Part shown: positions 27,784 through 46,288 of the stretch, piece after piece
How positions within the stretch are numbered: position 1 is the first letter of the stretch
How the letters are laid out: every line of letters starts with the position of its first letter
Origin: Paragordius varius
Taxonomy: Eukaryota > Animalia > Nematomorpha
Direction: 5' to 3'
NCBI GenBank assembly: GCA_964247055.1
Contig: OZ176051.1
Span: 3,348,001-3,412,000 of the forward strand
Length of the DNA: 64,000 bases
Position numbers and translations under genes: made by a program
The notes under the pieces: model-generated
Seen by the model: the letters and a program-made list of their open reading frames with translations, nothing else
The model's database searches: none
Told to the model about the DNA's origin: nothing

Positions 27784-30700
27784 TTAACAATCATCCACAC
27801 GTTTATATTTGGACCAATCGCTTTCACCAGTTAGTCTCTCTTGATTGGGAGAAGGTTCAACAGTTGTTTCATCATCCAACAATGATATATAGAAATTAGC
27901 ATTGCAACTGCCATAACAATTGTCAGAACGGCAAATTGCATTGGGGTATTTGAAACAAGATCTCACAGCACACGGGTCATAATAGCAAAATGTTGAAGAT
28001 TTATAACTTGATTTATGAGGGCTGCTTCTCACTTCGGACACTATTGGAGAATTATTGAGGGTATCCGTATCTTTGAGGTAACAATCACATGTGTAACCAT
28101 CGGTACAATACGACTCAGATAATTTATCTGTGTAGGCGAGCAAAGTTTTTAGGCACATGTCAAGAGTTATAAAAAATATGATTAACGCTTAAAAACAAAT
28201 TACCTAAAAGAAATTTGAATATAAAGAGTTTGAATAAAAAAGGGCTTGTTTAAAATGGGCTAAGGCTATTTAATATGGATATTTAATTGTTACATGTTCT
28301 CATATATTCAATTTTGTTGTCAGCCCCTCCATATTTGTGTGAATTTAACATTTATTATCCAACATTTCTATTTTAATCATTCCCTTGATACGACGTGTCA
28401 AGATATTTATTTTAGAAAAATATTAACATTTGAGATCAAAATACCAAAAGTTTTTCTCATCTTGAATTCGCCAAAAGGCTCGAAACAATCAACTACATCA
28501 CCCCAAAACCAATATTTGTAGCTACATTCTCCGCATACATTGGGATAACATTCGGCACTTGGATAATTTGGGCATGGACCGCTTCCCCATTCTTGTCCAA
28601 TTTCTGAACAAAACATATGGATAAAATTAAATTTTAGGAACTCTTTTGGATTTTAGCGTCCGATGTTGGTTTAAAATTAATCGATCACGATAAACACAAA
28701 GAATAAAGTCGCGAAAACGATTCTATGGAATTTTGTTATTACCAAACCACGCCAATAGCTGGTTGGGGGTATTGGGTCAGAAATATTCCGCGTAGTAGGA
28801 GCCTTCGGCACGGAAATTAAACCGTAGACTCGGTGTAAAAATATAAATACATTTTTTCATTGATTTTAATTTATTAAATATAATTTTAGTTTTGTTTTAC
28901 TCTCGGTTTCGTTAATTCCATTAATCAATTCTTTTCTACCCAATGTTATAATTTGTTGTAAAAGACGCAGCTTATAATAGTCCCTTTTTTAAAATAAATT
29001 CAAGGTATTAATTATTGGACCATAATGCTGTGTATATTTTTAATTAAAATGTATTTTTATTTTATTGCTAAAATATATAAATACCTTTTTACATTTTTGA
29101 TGTAATTTAATTTGGATCTATTTTCACCATTTGACCGGTTTATTCTTACCATTAAGTGACTATAAAAAATAACTGTAACCAGGTATGTTTGGGTGATTTT
29201 CACGGATTTGCAATTAAATGCATTAAATAAACCGCCCATGAATTCGTTACTATTTGTAATCAATGGTTAAAAATATCTAAATTATAAAAATCCATAGCTC
29301 ACATTGGTTGTGCTTACCGATAGATTTATGAAATTATAAAATTTTATCAATTTTTAAGCTTTTTCAGTGAAATAATTATAGCGAATCCATGTCTTATACC
29401 GAAAAGTAAAAAATATTTATCACCTATGACGACTTTCCTAATTAATATTTATGTCAAATAAATGATGATAAAGTTATATGCTTTAAAAGTTTTTCTACTA
29501 GAAAAAATACCGGGCAAATTTTCGGGATTATCAGATTCTTTTTCCAAATTTTCAGAAGCCGGGGGACAAACATGATCCCAGTCGGGATTAGTTGAGCAGT
29601 CAAGGACGTTTTCCACAGAGAAGCAACCATAAAATAATTTGTAATCTGTTGGTAATATAAATATTTATTAAATGTGTGCTATTTGTAACATAAAATTTAC
29701 ATTTCACGTTGCCTTATTAAAGCGTTTTCCCCTTTCATTTTTACCATATAATCCTAACGGTTTTGCGAAAGGAACTAGTTTTGAACCGGCATGTTTGACC
29801 AATTCATTTACTTCATCTGACTTCTCCCTAGCCCCAGTGTTTTTATCTTCATTATATGCTAATTTTTCATTCACTTCGTAACTATTTGAGGTATCAGTAA
29901 AACAATCCTCAACGAGTAAATTTCCAATCCACCATAAAGGTTTACACTTTTTACAAACATTGGCATAACATTCGGCTTTTGGATTACTGGGACATCCTTT
30001 GCTACGGACCTCTTCGTGACCGCAAGGATCATCATTGCAATAATCTAAATAAGCTGAGAGTGGGATTTTAATGTAACCGTTCGAGTCTCTGTTATTTGCT
30101 TGATAACATCCATAATATAATTTGACATCTATCGCATATATATGTCAAGGAAAATGTACAGACTCAAAACTAATAAAAAAATAATATGGAAAATAAATCA
30201 TTTATTGACATACCTGTTACTGTGTCATGGGGTGTTTGGATTTCACCGTTATCATCAATTCTCTCAACGGAATGCCCATGCTGTACTATTTTTCCCACAG
30301 ACGATTCAGGTTTTGTTCGTTCAACAGGTCTGTTATGGAATATTGGATACTGCTTACCATCTTGACTTACTACTTGTGGCTTAGCCACCAGAAGAGAATT
30401 ATAACTTCTACGATAAGGTACATACAATTTTTCAGAAGGTTCCGAGGAAGATGTGGTCAGTGGTTCGGATTTTTTTTCTCTTTTTCTTTGTAGATAGGAG
30501 GCATAACTGTGCGGTGAATTGAGAGTCTTTGAGTTTGTTGCCTTCAGTAGTGAATCAACATTTAATTTCGCAGCTTTATTCGCATGAATAGAATATTCTC
30601 TATTTTGATTACTCAATAATGAAGGAGAAAAATGGGAAGAAGTGTGTCTTTTCTCCTGAATGGCCGATCGAACATGTACATGGAAAGGAACATAATTTGT

Positions 30701-31255
30701 AGTAGATAGAGATGCATGTTGCCGGACCACATTTTTTTGATATGTCTGAGCCTTTTGATCAGAGCTTGAATAATTGTTTCGGTAATCAATTAATTTTTTC
30801 ATGGATATTTGAGGGTAACACTTGACGGGTACATCTCCTATCCACCAAATACCTAAACACGTCCCACACAAATTCTCAAAACAAACGGCCCGTGGATGAT
30901 TTTCACATCGACTCGATTGACAACCTTTTTTTATACAATACTCATGGGCTGTGGTATCAACGTTGCGGGTATTAATGTCAGAACAACCATAATAAAGTTT
31001 AGAGGTTTGAAGATGAGAATTTGTTCTGATTTGGATTCCGAACACTATGTCATTTACTAAAATATCAATAATTTCTTTTCATTTGACCAAAAGGACCTTT
31101 AACTAATAATGAATCATTAATTAAGTTTTAGGGAAAATAAATCATAGAAAAATGATTAAATGACCACTTGAGAAGACAAAAATCAACAATTAACTAACTA
31201 AAATATATAACTTACTAGTTTCCCAAACAAGTATGCAATAGAATAATTGCTTCAT
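27784..31255 (-). CDS. Secreted Cys-rich protein with four copies of an 8-10 Cys module and a Ser-rich linker (about 657 aa); family not identified
   Basis: Model: 31255-31216 (signal-like MKQLFYCILVWET, GTAAGT donor), 31044-30214, 30128-29745, 29645-29511, 28828-28748, 28603-28445, 28127-27784; all introns phase 1, total 1974 nt. Modules 1-3 each have 8 Cys: KL(Y/F)YGC..C..C..C..P.A.C..N.C..C...W..G...V.C. Internal exon choice at 29745-28603 is inferred. Confidence 0.7.
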
Positions 31256-32331
31256 AAAAGAATTACAAATACTATGGGGTAGATAGATTTTTTGCGAAAG
31301 GATTGAAAAATAATTGCTATTAACACCTATTTTCCCACATCCTTGTTATCAAAATTAAAAGTTTATTAACATTTTTAAAACCAAAATATTTCATAATTAT
31401 TAAAAACGCTTTTTAAGTGTCCAAATCCCACATTTATCAAGGATATTAGCCTTGAGCTAATTACTTGAACTCTATATATTAAATATTTTTATTAAATTTA
31501 TATTACGGAAAAAAATGGATAATTAAATATGATATTTAAAATAAAATATACATAATTTTTATTACCCAGTCATTTGATGATAATAAAAACACCTTAAAAA
31601 CAGCAATAAAATTAAAAAAATATGGCATAATAAATAACAAGTATTGTATTTTAATATATTTAAGCCTAAACAGGTCTTGTTTAAAATTAACTCATTAACA
31701 TTGAAAATAATTCTTTATTGCTTTACAATACTATAAATGTCCATTTTGCTTAAATTAATTGATAATTTTTTTAAAAAAAATATATTCCCAAATATTCTCA
31801 GCAGTTTAAAAAGATTTTAAAACAATCAATGTATTTATATATTTACACTTGAAAGAGCTAAGAATATCAACCTGGGCTTACTCAAAATAATTAATACAGA
31901 ATCAAACAAGGCCAAAATTAAGGGACAATGTAGAATCACATAAATATTTACCAAAAAACAATAAAACTAAAATTGTTCCATAAATAAAAAACTGATTAAA
32001 AGTCAGAAATCGAAGGGAGTAAAATTGTGGTCTTATCAGTTGCAGATTGGATATAAATAGTATAGCCATGTTAGAAAAATAGGATATACTAATATATCTA
32101 ATATGAAACTGAGTAGCCAATGCTCTTATCGATTTCTAACTTATAAGGAATGGTGCCTTCCGTCGAAAAAAATTTTGATTTTCTGATCAAACGTCAATTA
32201 AGAAACAACCTAATAAATGGTCATTTTTACAAAAAGTTTTAAAACATTCATGCGTGTATATCCAAAGTTTCTAATTTATTGGTCCAAAATATATGTTCAT
32301 GTGTAAAAACATCTCTGATTTTAGAATAATA

Positions 32332-32509
32332 TGATGAAATATCAGCAAAATTAATAGTAAATTTATTAATAAATTTTCGTTCGATTCCTCAACCTTCTTC
32401 GGAACTAGATAAAAATAATATAAAAAATAAAGATACAAATTTGTATTGATCCAAAGAAGTTAGAGGAATTCAACTAAAATTCATTATTAATTTTGCTGAT
32501 ATTGCATCA
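32332..32509. repeat. Imperfect hairpin of about 180 bp (MITE-like)
   Basis: The left arm tgatgaaatatcagcaaaattaata...attcctcaaccttcttcgga pairs with the right arm tccaaagaagttagaggaatt...tattaattttgctgatattgcatca. Confidence 0.65.
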
Positions 32510-33260
32510 AAAATAATATTTATATAATAATACCTTAGGGTCCGATTCATTATTACTATTTTTCAAGGGAAGTTTAAGGTGCAAAATATATCAGGATGAC
32601 AGTATATGCCATGCAAAAATCTAGGGAAATCCGTAGACTAGTGTAACGATTTATCATGGAGATTTTCACTTAAAAAGCTTTGTACATAAATGTCCAAATT
32701 AAAAATCCCGGGCTCGTTAAACAATGTTTGATTAGGTATTTTTAAATGTTAGCGCATTTTTTGACATATTTATTAAATAAAAAACTGAAATCTTTTGTGT
32801 AAAAAATTTAGCACATTAACTGGGATTTACAATGTATTTGGTTATAATTAAAACTCTTATGAGCTGATATAGGTTTACCATTTTTGTGAAAAACAACTTT
32901 TTTGATATTTTGCCTGCAACGCCATTTAAGCTGCATAAACGAACTTAATTGATTTTATACTTTTTTTCCTTAAAAATTGAATATGTTTGCATAATTAATT
33001 TTGTATTAAACCATATTTTACACATATTTTATGGGAATATATTTTTGTTCAATTACACCATTTTTTTACATTTTTGTGATGACGAAAGATAGTTAGTGAT
33101 GTTTGTTAATTTAAAATATCATTTGTGAATTTTTGCGGTTCCGTCTGTTTGAAAAAAAGGTTTGACTTCAGAAGAGACCTTATTAATGTGGTTAAAAATT
33201 AGGTATAAAAAAGCTGAATATTTGGTGTCAAAACTCAAATACATCATCTTAATCATCCAC

Positions 33261-33526
33261 GAGGGCTGTCCAACACAAACGGCTTCGCGAATCGCATTTT
33301 GGGCTTGAAAATCTGACGGGCTGGATTCGCTGAATATAAGGGAATTAACAAATATTTTACTAGATGCCAAACATAAGACTGTAAAATCTACCAGTTATTT
33401 TAACAATTTTTGCCATTTCATTGCCGAAATTCGGAAAGACTTTTTATTTGTATTTGAAATTAATGCATGCTGCAATAATATTTTGGAGGGTCGCATGCGG
33501 CAGCGGGCTGCCTTTGAACACATCTG
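33261..33526. mobile_element. Degenerate hAT (Buster/Charlie-like) MITE
   Basis: Left gagggctgtccaacac..ggcttcgcgaatcgcatt and right ggtcgcatgcggcagcgggctgcctttgaacacatctg resemble the 59802 copy and the ends of the 46289 element; no clear TSD. Confidence 0.55.
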
Positions 33527-34050
33527 TTCTAGGCTATCGCTGTGCTGCCAAAATAGATCACAAACACGCTTTAATTGAATATTACCCTATGATAGATTAG
33601 GTGAGCTGTTTGGAGCGAGTTAGTTTAGTGGGCGGCTTTTTTTGTTTGGCCAGGGATATTTCGTATTTTTGTAAATGAAAATTTTTGTCATGTATTAAAA
33701 GATATCTTTTAAAGCAAATTAATATTTTAACATGGAGTTAATTGCCTTTTCTTAAACCGTTATAATTTCATTATATTTAATGGAATAAACTTCCATCAAG
33801 ATTTTGTAAACCTAAAATGATCAGTATTAATGCAGTAACTTCACAAATGTACCATTAAAAGGCGCTATCTTCGATTCTGGTGTTGATTGTCCCATGCATA
33901 AAATTTTTCTACTGATATTTTATTAACTGCTATCAAAATTGACATTTTTTCCTAAAATACGAAATTCTGAAGAATTCAAATTGGCTTAAGTAGTTATTTA
34001 TTTGACCAATAAAAAAAACTGCAATAGATAAATATATATATATATATATA

Positions 34051-34384
34051 CCATTCACAGTTCAAATTCACCCTTGAACAATTCAAATTCACCCTCGAAC
34101 AATTCAAATTCACCCTAAATAACATGTTTTTTAAAATAAAAATTACCTATATTTTAATATATTTTAAAAAATAAAATTTTGTTTTAAATTAAAATAATAA
34201 TGAAAAAATAATAAATTATGCCATAAAGATATATTTTATATTAATAATGAGTTATATTAATAATGAGTTATATTAATTCGAAAACACATAATTTATTTTT
34301 AGGGTAAATTTGAATTGTTCAAGGATGAATTTGAATTGTTCAAGGGTATTTCAATGTTTAAGGGTAAATTCGAACTGTAAATGG
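34051..34384. mobile_element. TA-flanked foldback/MITE (334 bp) with 21-bp subterminal tandem repeats
   Basis: TA|CCATTCACAGTTCAAATTCACCCTT ... AAGGGTAAATTCGAACTGTAAATGG|TA; unit ttcaaattcacccttgaacaa is repeated about 3 times per arm; inserted in a (TA)n tract. Confidence 0.8.
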
Positions 34385-34783
34385 TATTTATATATATTAA
34401 ATCCTCGCATTTTCAAAACATCCCATGAGCCAAAAATGCGGTTAATATTAAAAGAAAATAAATTGATTTAAAAAAACCTTGCAAATGATTTCGTCAGATA
34501 GACGAGACTTTTATAACAACAGTTGATGGTATTTTTATAAAAAAAAATGAATTTATTTTTCGATTATGCGCGCTTTCAACAAAATCCTCCTAATATAATT
34601 TTTTTACAATAAACTAAACTAATTACAGATTATAAAAACATTATTTATTGCAAAATTTAAATTAATGTATAATGTATACACGATGGAATGATATATAGAT
34701 AATATTAAGCTTTTCGTTGACATAATTAATAAATAGAGAGTTTGATATATTTTACATACAGATAATTTAAATATTGTAAAATA

Positions 34784-36744
34784 TTATTTTCCACTGGCAG
34801 CATTTACTGCAGATACAATATCGTTTTCAGGCTTTTTCGCACTCGATTTCAGGGCAGATCCTACATTTTCTTTGTCGAGTTGTTTACCCAAATACTCCCT
34901 TAAATATAACAGGAATAAAATAAAAATATAAACAAAAATTTTATCTTGATATAAATCATATTATTTAATCTCTGATTTTATATACAATCGAGATATATTT
35001 AATAAATTTCTATTCCTTATTCAAAACTTGATACGATAGCTAATAATCTATTATAAAATATGATTTTTTTACAAAAAAATTAATAATCAGTATATTTTTA
35101 TATTTTTTTTCACTATATTAAATATTTTAATAAACAATGTTAGGATATATCAATGTCAATCATCGTGTAATTTAATCGAACATATTATTTTTTCAAATGG
35201 TTATTAATTAAATTATTACCAATTGTGAACCATAATTTTTTGCAAGGCCACTAAGGCCTCATATCGAACTGAGGAGTCTCTGTTTGCTAGAAGTGACATA
35301 ATCAACTGTTTTGCTCCAAGTTTTTCCACAATCCTTTAAGACACATATGAAAAAACAGAATTAATAAAGAGTTAAACCTTAAAATATTTATTGCTTTTTT
35401 TTAATTATTTTATACTACTTTCCTTACCTAACTATAATGCTCAATTTTGATTTTTTTAGCATAAAAATCAGAATGATATTTGCTTATAATTTTAATAATA
35501 GTATATGCGTACTTAGTCTATTTTTTTCGATAAATCGGTGCCTTTCGCAAATCAATAACATATAAATTTTGGTTTTTACTATTAAATATTCCGAATAGTG
35601 CATTTTATTTTAATTATAAATAATAGGTTTTATGTTTATCTTCTAATATTTTATTTTACTTATCAATAATAGGTTTTATGTTTATCTTTGAATGCAATAT
35701 GTATGAAAAAAAATAATACACCAGGGCAATAATTTCGCAATTAACCTTTTTCCTGGAGGATAATATCTCACAAATTCTCCAATGTCATGGCAAGCGACAG
35801 CTAAAACAACATTGCGATCATACACTGCATTGGAAGTGGGTGTGATAGGGTTCGATGTATTTCCTTCACTATAATAATTGATAATTAATAAAAATATTAA
35901 ATTATCAAGCAAAGTAAAAATTATATTATAATAAAGCATGATAAATCTAATTATTTTATTAAACTACACTGTTTCAGGAGCTAATTTTCCATATATCTAC
36001 TATGCATGCTTAGCAATATTATTCAGAAACTTTATCAATCTAATTATAAAATTGTCCTCATGTTTTGCGAATTAAAACTATGTTTAATTTTGGGAAAATA
36101 TTGTTTTAGCAATCATTGTCACATGATAAACGCTTTAATGAATTGGAATATAAATAGTACTAGGCATTGTTGAGGAAAGGATTAGTTTGTTGCTGTGTGT
36201 TACCATTATTAACATTGTTTGTCAATAGATTTTCTTTTTGTCCTTCAGGACCACTAATCCCTTGAGCTTGAATGTTGGAACGTAAGATAGTTACCAATAA
36301 TTTGACCACCTCAAAATTTTTATCGCTAAATTTGTCAATATTTTCCGTCCAAAATTTTTGACTCTTATGCACTGGACTCCATTCCAACACCCCAGATCGA
36401 AGTTCACTCGTATACTCATCGAATGAACTAAAAATTGGGCAAATTAAAAAATGTATAGTTAATTTATAACTTGCTACATTCATATATTGTAAAACTGGTG
36501 AATTGAATAAGTTCCAATTTTAATAATTTTTTTAAACATAATTGTTTTACATAGGCTAAACTCTGAGTAAATTTTGAATTAAATAGAATATCCTACCACT
36601 TTGTAACGTATTCGATTTTATAAACGTTTCAGCATAAGCCCGCTGTAAATATCTTTTTACTGCATTTTAGCAGTTATTGAAAGCAAAATACTGAAACAAT
36701 TTTATATAGAAAGAAATAATCAATTCTTATTCATCACTTATGAG

Positions 36745-36789
<45 letters not shown>

Positions 36790-38292
36790 AAATCATGTAG
36801 GATACCCTGTAAAGTGTCATACAAGTACTGAATATCATCCAACATTTCAGGATCGCCAACAGCTGATTGAGCTCCACCCTTTGTGTTTTGAATGAGTTGA
36901 ATTTGCTTAAACACTTTACAACGGATCATGGAAACGGCATTAGCTTGTCGAATATCGCCACTTTTAGGGTTTTCCAATAAGTGCTAATGTATATTAAATA
37001 TAGATTCGTTATTAACGTAATAAATTGAGAAATAATATACATAATCCTTAATATCTTATGAGCGACAAATAAATTATTTTTTTATAAAATAGTGTTTTAT
37101 TTGACATTATTAGTGAATCTAATATAATTAAAATATGATTTATCATAAATTTAAATAAATTTACGCGCAAAGTTCCAATCGTGATTCGTGAAACTTTTTC
37201 CTTGCCTGAATCGTTGAGAACTGTTGATAAAAGTGGTATAACGTTTTGTCTAAAGAAGATATGTGTGAAAAAATTACATAACCTCTTTGTTTTAACAATT
37301 TTGAACAAATTCATTCAATGTACTTACTGTGATATTTTTTCGGCCAAATCGCTATCAAAACTCATACACCATAAACAATAAACAAGTTGATACTGTATTT
37401 GAAAGTTGATTTTCTTGCTTAATAAAGATACTATCCTGCATAGATAATAAAATGACTTTAAAATAAAAACTTGTAACCGTTATGAATAAATAAGAAAACT
37501 GCTTAAAAACATGAGAAATTACGATTGAACACCATCCAAAGCATAAAAAGGTTTCCTATAATCCGCCACAGTCATTAACATTTGTAAACAACGGGCAACT
37601 GTTTGCATGTATTCATTGAGGGGATTTTTCATTTGATCTTTAAGCCAAGTCAAGTAATAGGTAAGGTCAGGTCCACTCATAAACTGTTTGTTTGACCAGC
37701 ACGCTATTTTTGCGATGATACGACTTGCCTAAAACACAATAAAAAATAATTTTAAACTTGGTTTGCAATGAATCCATCATTACGATTTAGCATATGCAAA
37801 AATGGTCCCCAAACTGTTGTTTGATTTTGATTGGCAAAATCATTAAACATTTCAACTCGTCTTTTATCCTCTTGTAGTATGTCGTCTATAAGAGTTAATA
37901 TATATTGGATTGTTTGTTCTTTCGAGATGTGTTGCATTAAACTAATAAAACATCTTGCAGCCTAAATTATTTTTTACAATTATACCCTTGATGGATCTTG
38001 ATCCAAAATACTATTCCTTTGATTTGCATTTACATGATCTATCGAAGTAATAAATTCCATTTCATCAGCGCTGATCATTTGACTTCTATGACGAATTTTA
38101 AAATAAAATTTACTGCATGTATGATTGCCAATTTATTTTTTGATTTCTCACATCAACTGCCCTTTGTTGTAGCAAACTCGTTCCAGTTAATACATCTATA
38201 TGTATAATAAGTAAGATACCTTTGGCAAATTCCAAATCATCCGGAATGGCTTTTGCCATAGCCAAATTAACCTGAGCTAAATTTTGGGCCAT
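34784..38292 (-). CDS. ATP6V1H: V-type proton ATPase subunit H (about 557 aa)
   Basis: Exons 38292-38220 (the following 24 nt are in frame and may be intron or coding), 38195-38114, 38085-37986, 37961-37758, 37728-37523, 37435-37328, 37249-37165, 36983-36787, 36427-36161, 35868-35746, 35333-35220, 34898-34784. Motifs [107 protein letters not shown]. Confidence 0.97.
36747..36785. repeat. (TA)n microsatellite starting at the 5' splice site of an ATP6V1H intron
   Basis: About 20 TA units directly after AG|GT on the minus strand. Confidence 0.9.
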
Positions 38293-38348
38293 TTCATATG
38301 GTTATCAAGGGTAAAACCATTAATTCATTAAAACATCGGTAATTTCAC
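38293..38348. promoter_or_regulatory. 56-bp spacer between the divergent start codons of ATP6V1H and TFB1M (presumed bidirectional promoter or overlapping 5' UTRs)
   Basis: ATP6V1H ATG at 38292-38290 (-) and TFB1M ATG at 38349 (+). Promoter function is inferred from geometry only. Confidence 0.55.
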
Positions 38349-44346
<5,998 letters not shown>

Positions 44347-44480
44347 TGCTGCTATTATTATTATTATTTTTCAATTGCGTGATTACAATATAATAGTGTA
44401 ATAATAAATGGCGATTTATTCACGTTTAATATTTACCCAACACCCATAAAATTTTCTAAAATTTTGACGCTTGTAGTTTT

Positions 44481-45362
44481 TTAAGCGCAAGATCTGCAAA
44501 CAAAAGAATCTGGCCAGTCGCATACATTAGTAGCCGGGTTAAAATTCAGATTGCTAGGACAAGTTTTCAAATAACCAACACCGTTTGAACAATGGACAAA
44601 TTGTCTATTTACATACACCAAAATAATTTTAAATATTAATAAATATATATTGTTTAATAAACAATATCACCTGCAATTTGGCGGATAGGCATTCAACTGT
44701 TTACCACTTTTACAGATTGTAGTTAAATTACTTTGGCATTGGGTAGGTGTACCTCCTGAAGAACCTGCCATATAGAATACAAATATTTGGTCTTTAATGA
44801 TTTATCAAAAATTCTGAAATATTATAAAAATAATCAAATAGCATAATACATGGTTCACATTTAGCATTAGCAGGGTAATCGCATTGATCAGTCGCCACAT
44901 TGTAATGAAGATCACTTGGGCAATTCATGAGGTATCCAGTAGAACCAGCACATGAAACAAATTTTCTAAACCATAAATTCCCCAAAAAAATTAGTTATCC
45001 TTTTTAAATATAATAAATGCAACATTGGGTTGATATATTATATATAATTTTAAAATCTTTGCCAAAGAAACCTGCAATCTGGTGGATAACGATTATTTTC
45101 ACGTCCGGATTTACAAATGATGCTTAAATTGGATTCGCAACCTATTAATAATAATAATATATGATACAAAAAATATTCGTTTAAATTATCAAGTCCATCT
45201 ATTTTGTGTCCAGTTTATATACGTAATTTCGTAAAAGGTCAAAATATAGATTAAATATTTCATTGTTTAACAATTAAAAAATCGTTTAGATTCACAATTT
45301 ATTATACCCATAGATATATCCACCATTGAAACCAACACGCAACTCAGTAAAAATATTTTCAT
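44481..45362 (-). CDS. Small secreted protein with two chitin-binding type-2 (peritrophin-A) domains (about 155 aa)
   Basis: Exons 45362-45308 (signal MKIFLLSCVLVSMVDISMG), 45141-45072, 44965-44850, 44764-44671, 44604-44481. Each domain has the 6-Cys core C..YPP.CR.FV.C...GYL..CPS.L.(Y/F)N.AT..CD(Y/W)P...C, plus flanking extra Cys. Confidence 0.92.
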
Positions 45363-46288
45363 ATTGGATATACAAGTTAAGTTAAAATAAAAAAATTTAA
45401 ATATTTATATACAATAAATTTTTTCATATAGTTATTGATAAAATTATGTATCAAATTCTTGCGTAACAATATATATGATATTATATCTCAAGGACATTTA
45501 CCATACTTTTTCCTAGGTAAAACGTATTTTTTGGTAAAAATTCAATTTCATTATTATAACCACCTGAGTAAAGACAATTTTTTTCACCTTAATTTAACGA
45601 AAATAATGTATCTTCCCAAATAACCTTAATAAATGATTTTCTCCTTATATATATAAATAGAGGTTATTTATTTTAATCATATAGAATTACTTTTAAATGA
45701 TTAACATATGTGTTTTTTCCCAATTTGATTCGGCGGTAAGCATCGGTATATCTTATACTGGGTCACCATTCTATCATAAAAATGAATAAAGCACATCAAT
45801 CCAAATTTACAGTAAAATTTAAATATACCGACAAAACGTGAAAACTAAAGGACAAATAATATTTTCTAATAGCCAATCATATTTTTTATTGACCTAAACT
45901 TCTTAAATATAACCTATCGTGGTTACAAAATAAGAACTAGAGATGAAAATTAAACATACTTATAACACATTTTACAATCTTAATTATATAGTTTAGGTTA
46001 ATATATCAAGGTTTAAAGTTGTCATATTAAAATTATGTATTTTAATTTTTATAAGTCTATATAATTTCAATTTTTTACAGGACAATACTTCTTTCTATTA
46101 AAGATCTCCGGCTATAAACCAATTGGTTTATGCTGGTTAACATATATTTTTTTGAATTATAATTAAGGCGTTAGTTTTAAAGATTCCACCGTTAAAAGCT
46201 GACTGTACATTCATACAAACTAATCATATTGAGCCATAATAATGAGCCAAAAAAGATTGAATCTTTTTATCAGCTTTATAGTATATAA

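Noticed and set aside
28620-28860. A separate frameshifted or pseudogenised second Cys-rich gene starting at ATG 28860
   Set aside because: That reading needs a frameshift and stops. A single-gene model using exon 28828-28748 is frame-consistent and gives module 3 exactly 8 Cys, although cDNA is needed to be sure.
33530-33650. Relatively GC-rich segment ending in a T-run, resembling a Pol III ncRNA
   Set aside because: No tRNA cloverleaf, A/B boxes, Sm site or snoRNA boxes were recognisable; it would need an Infernal/Rfam search.
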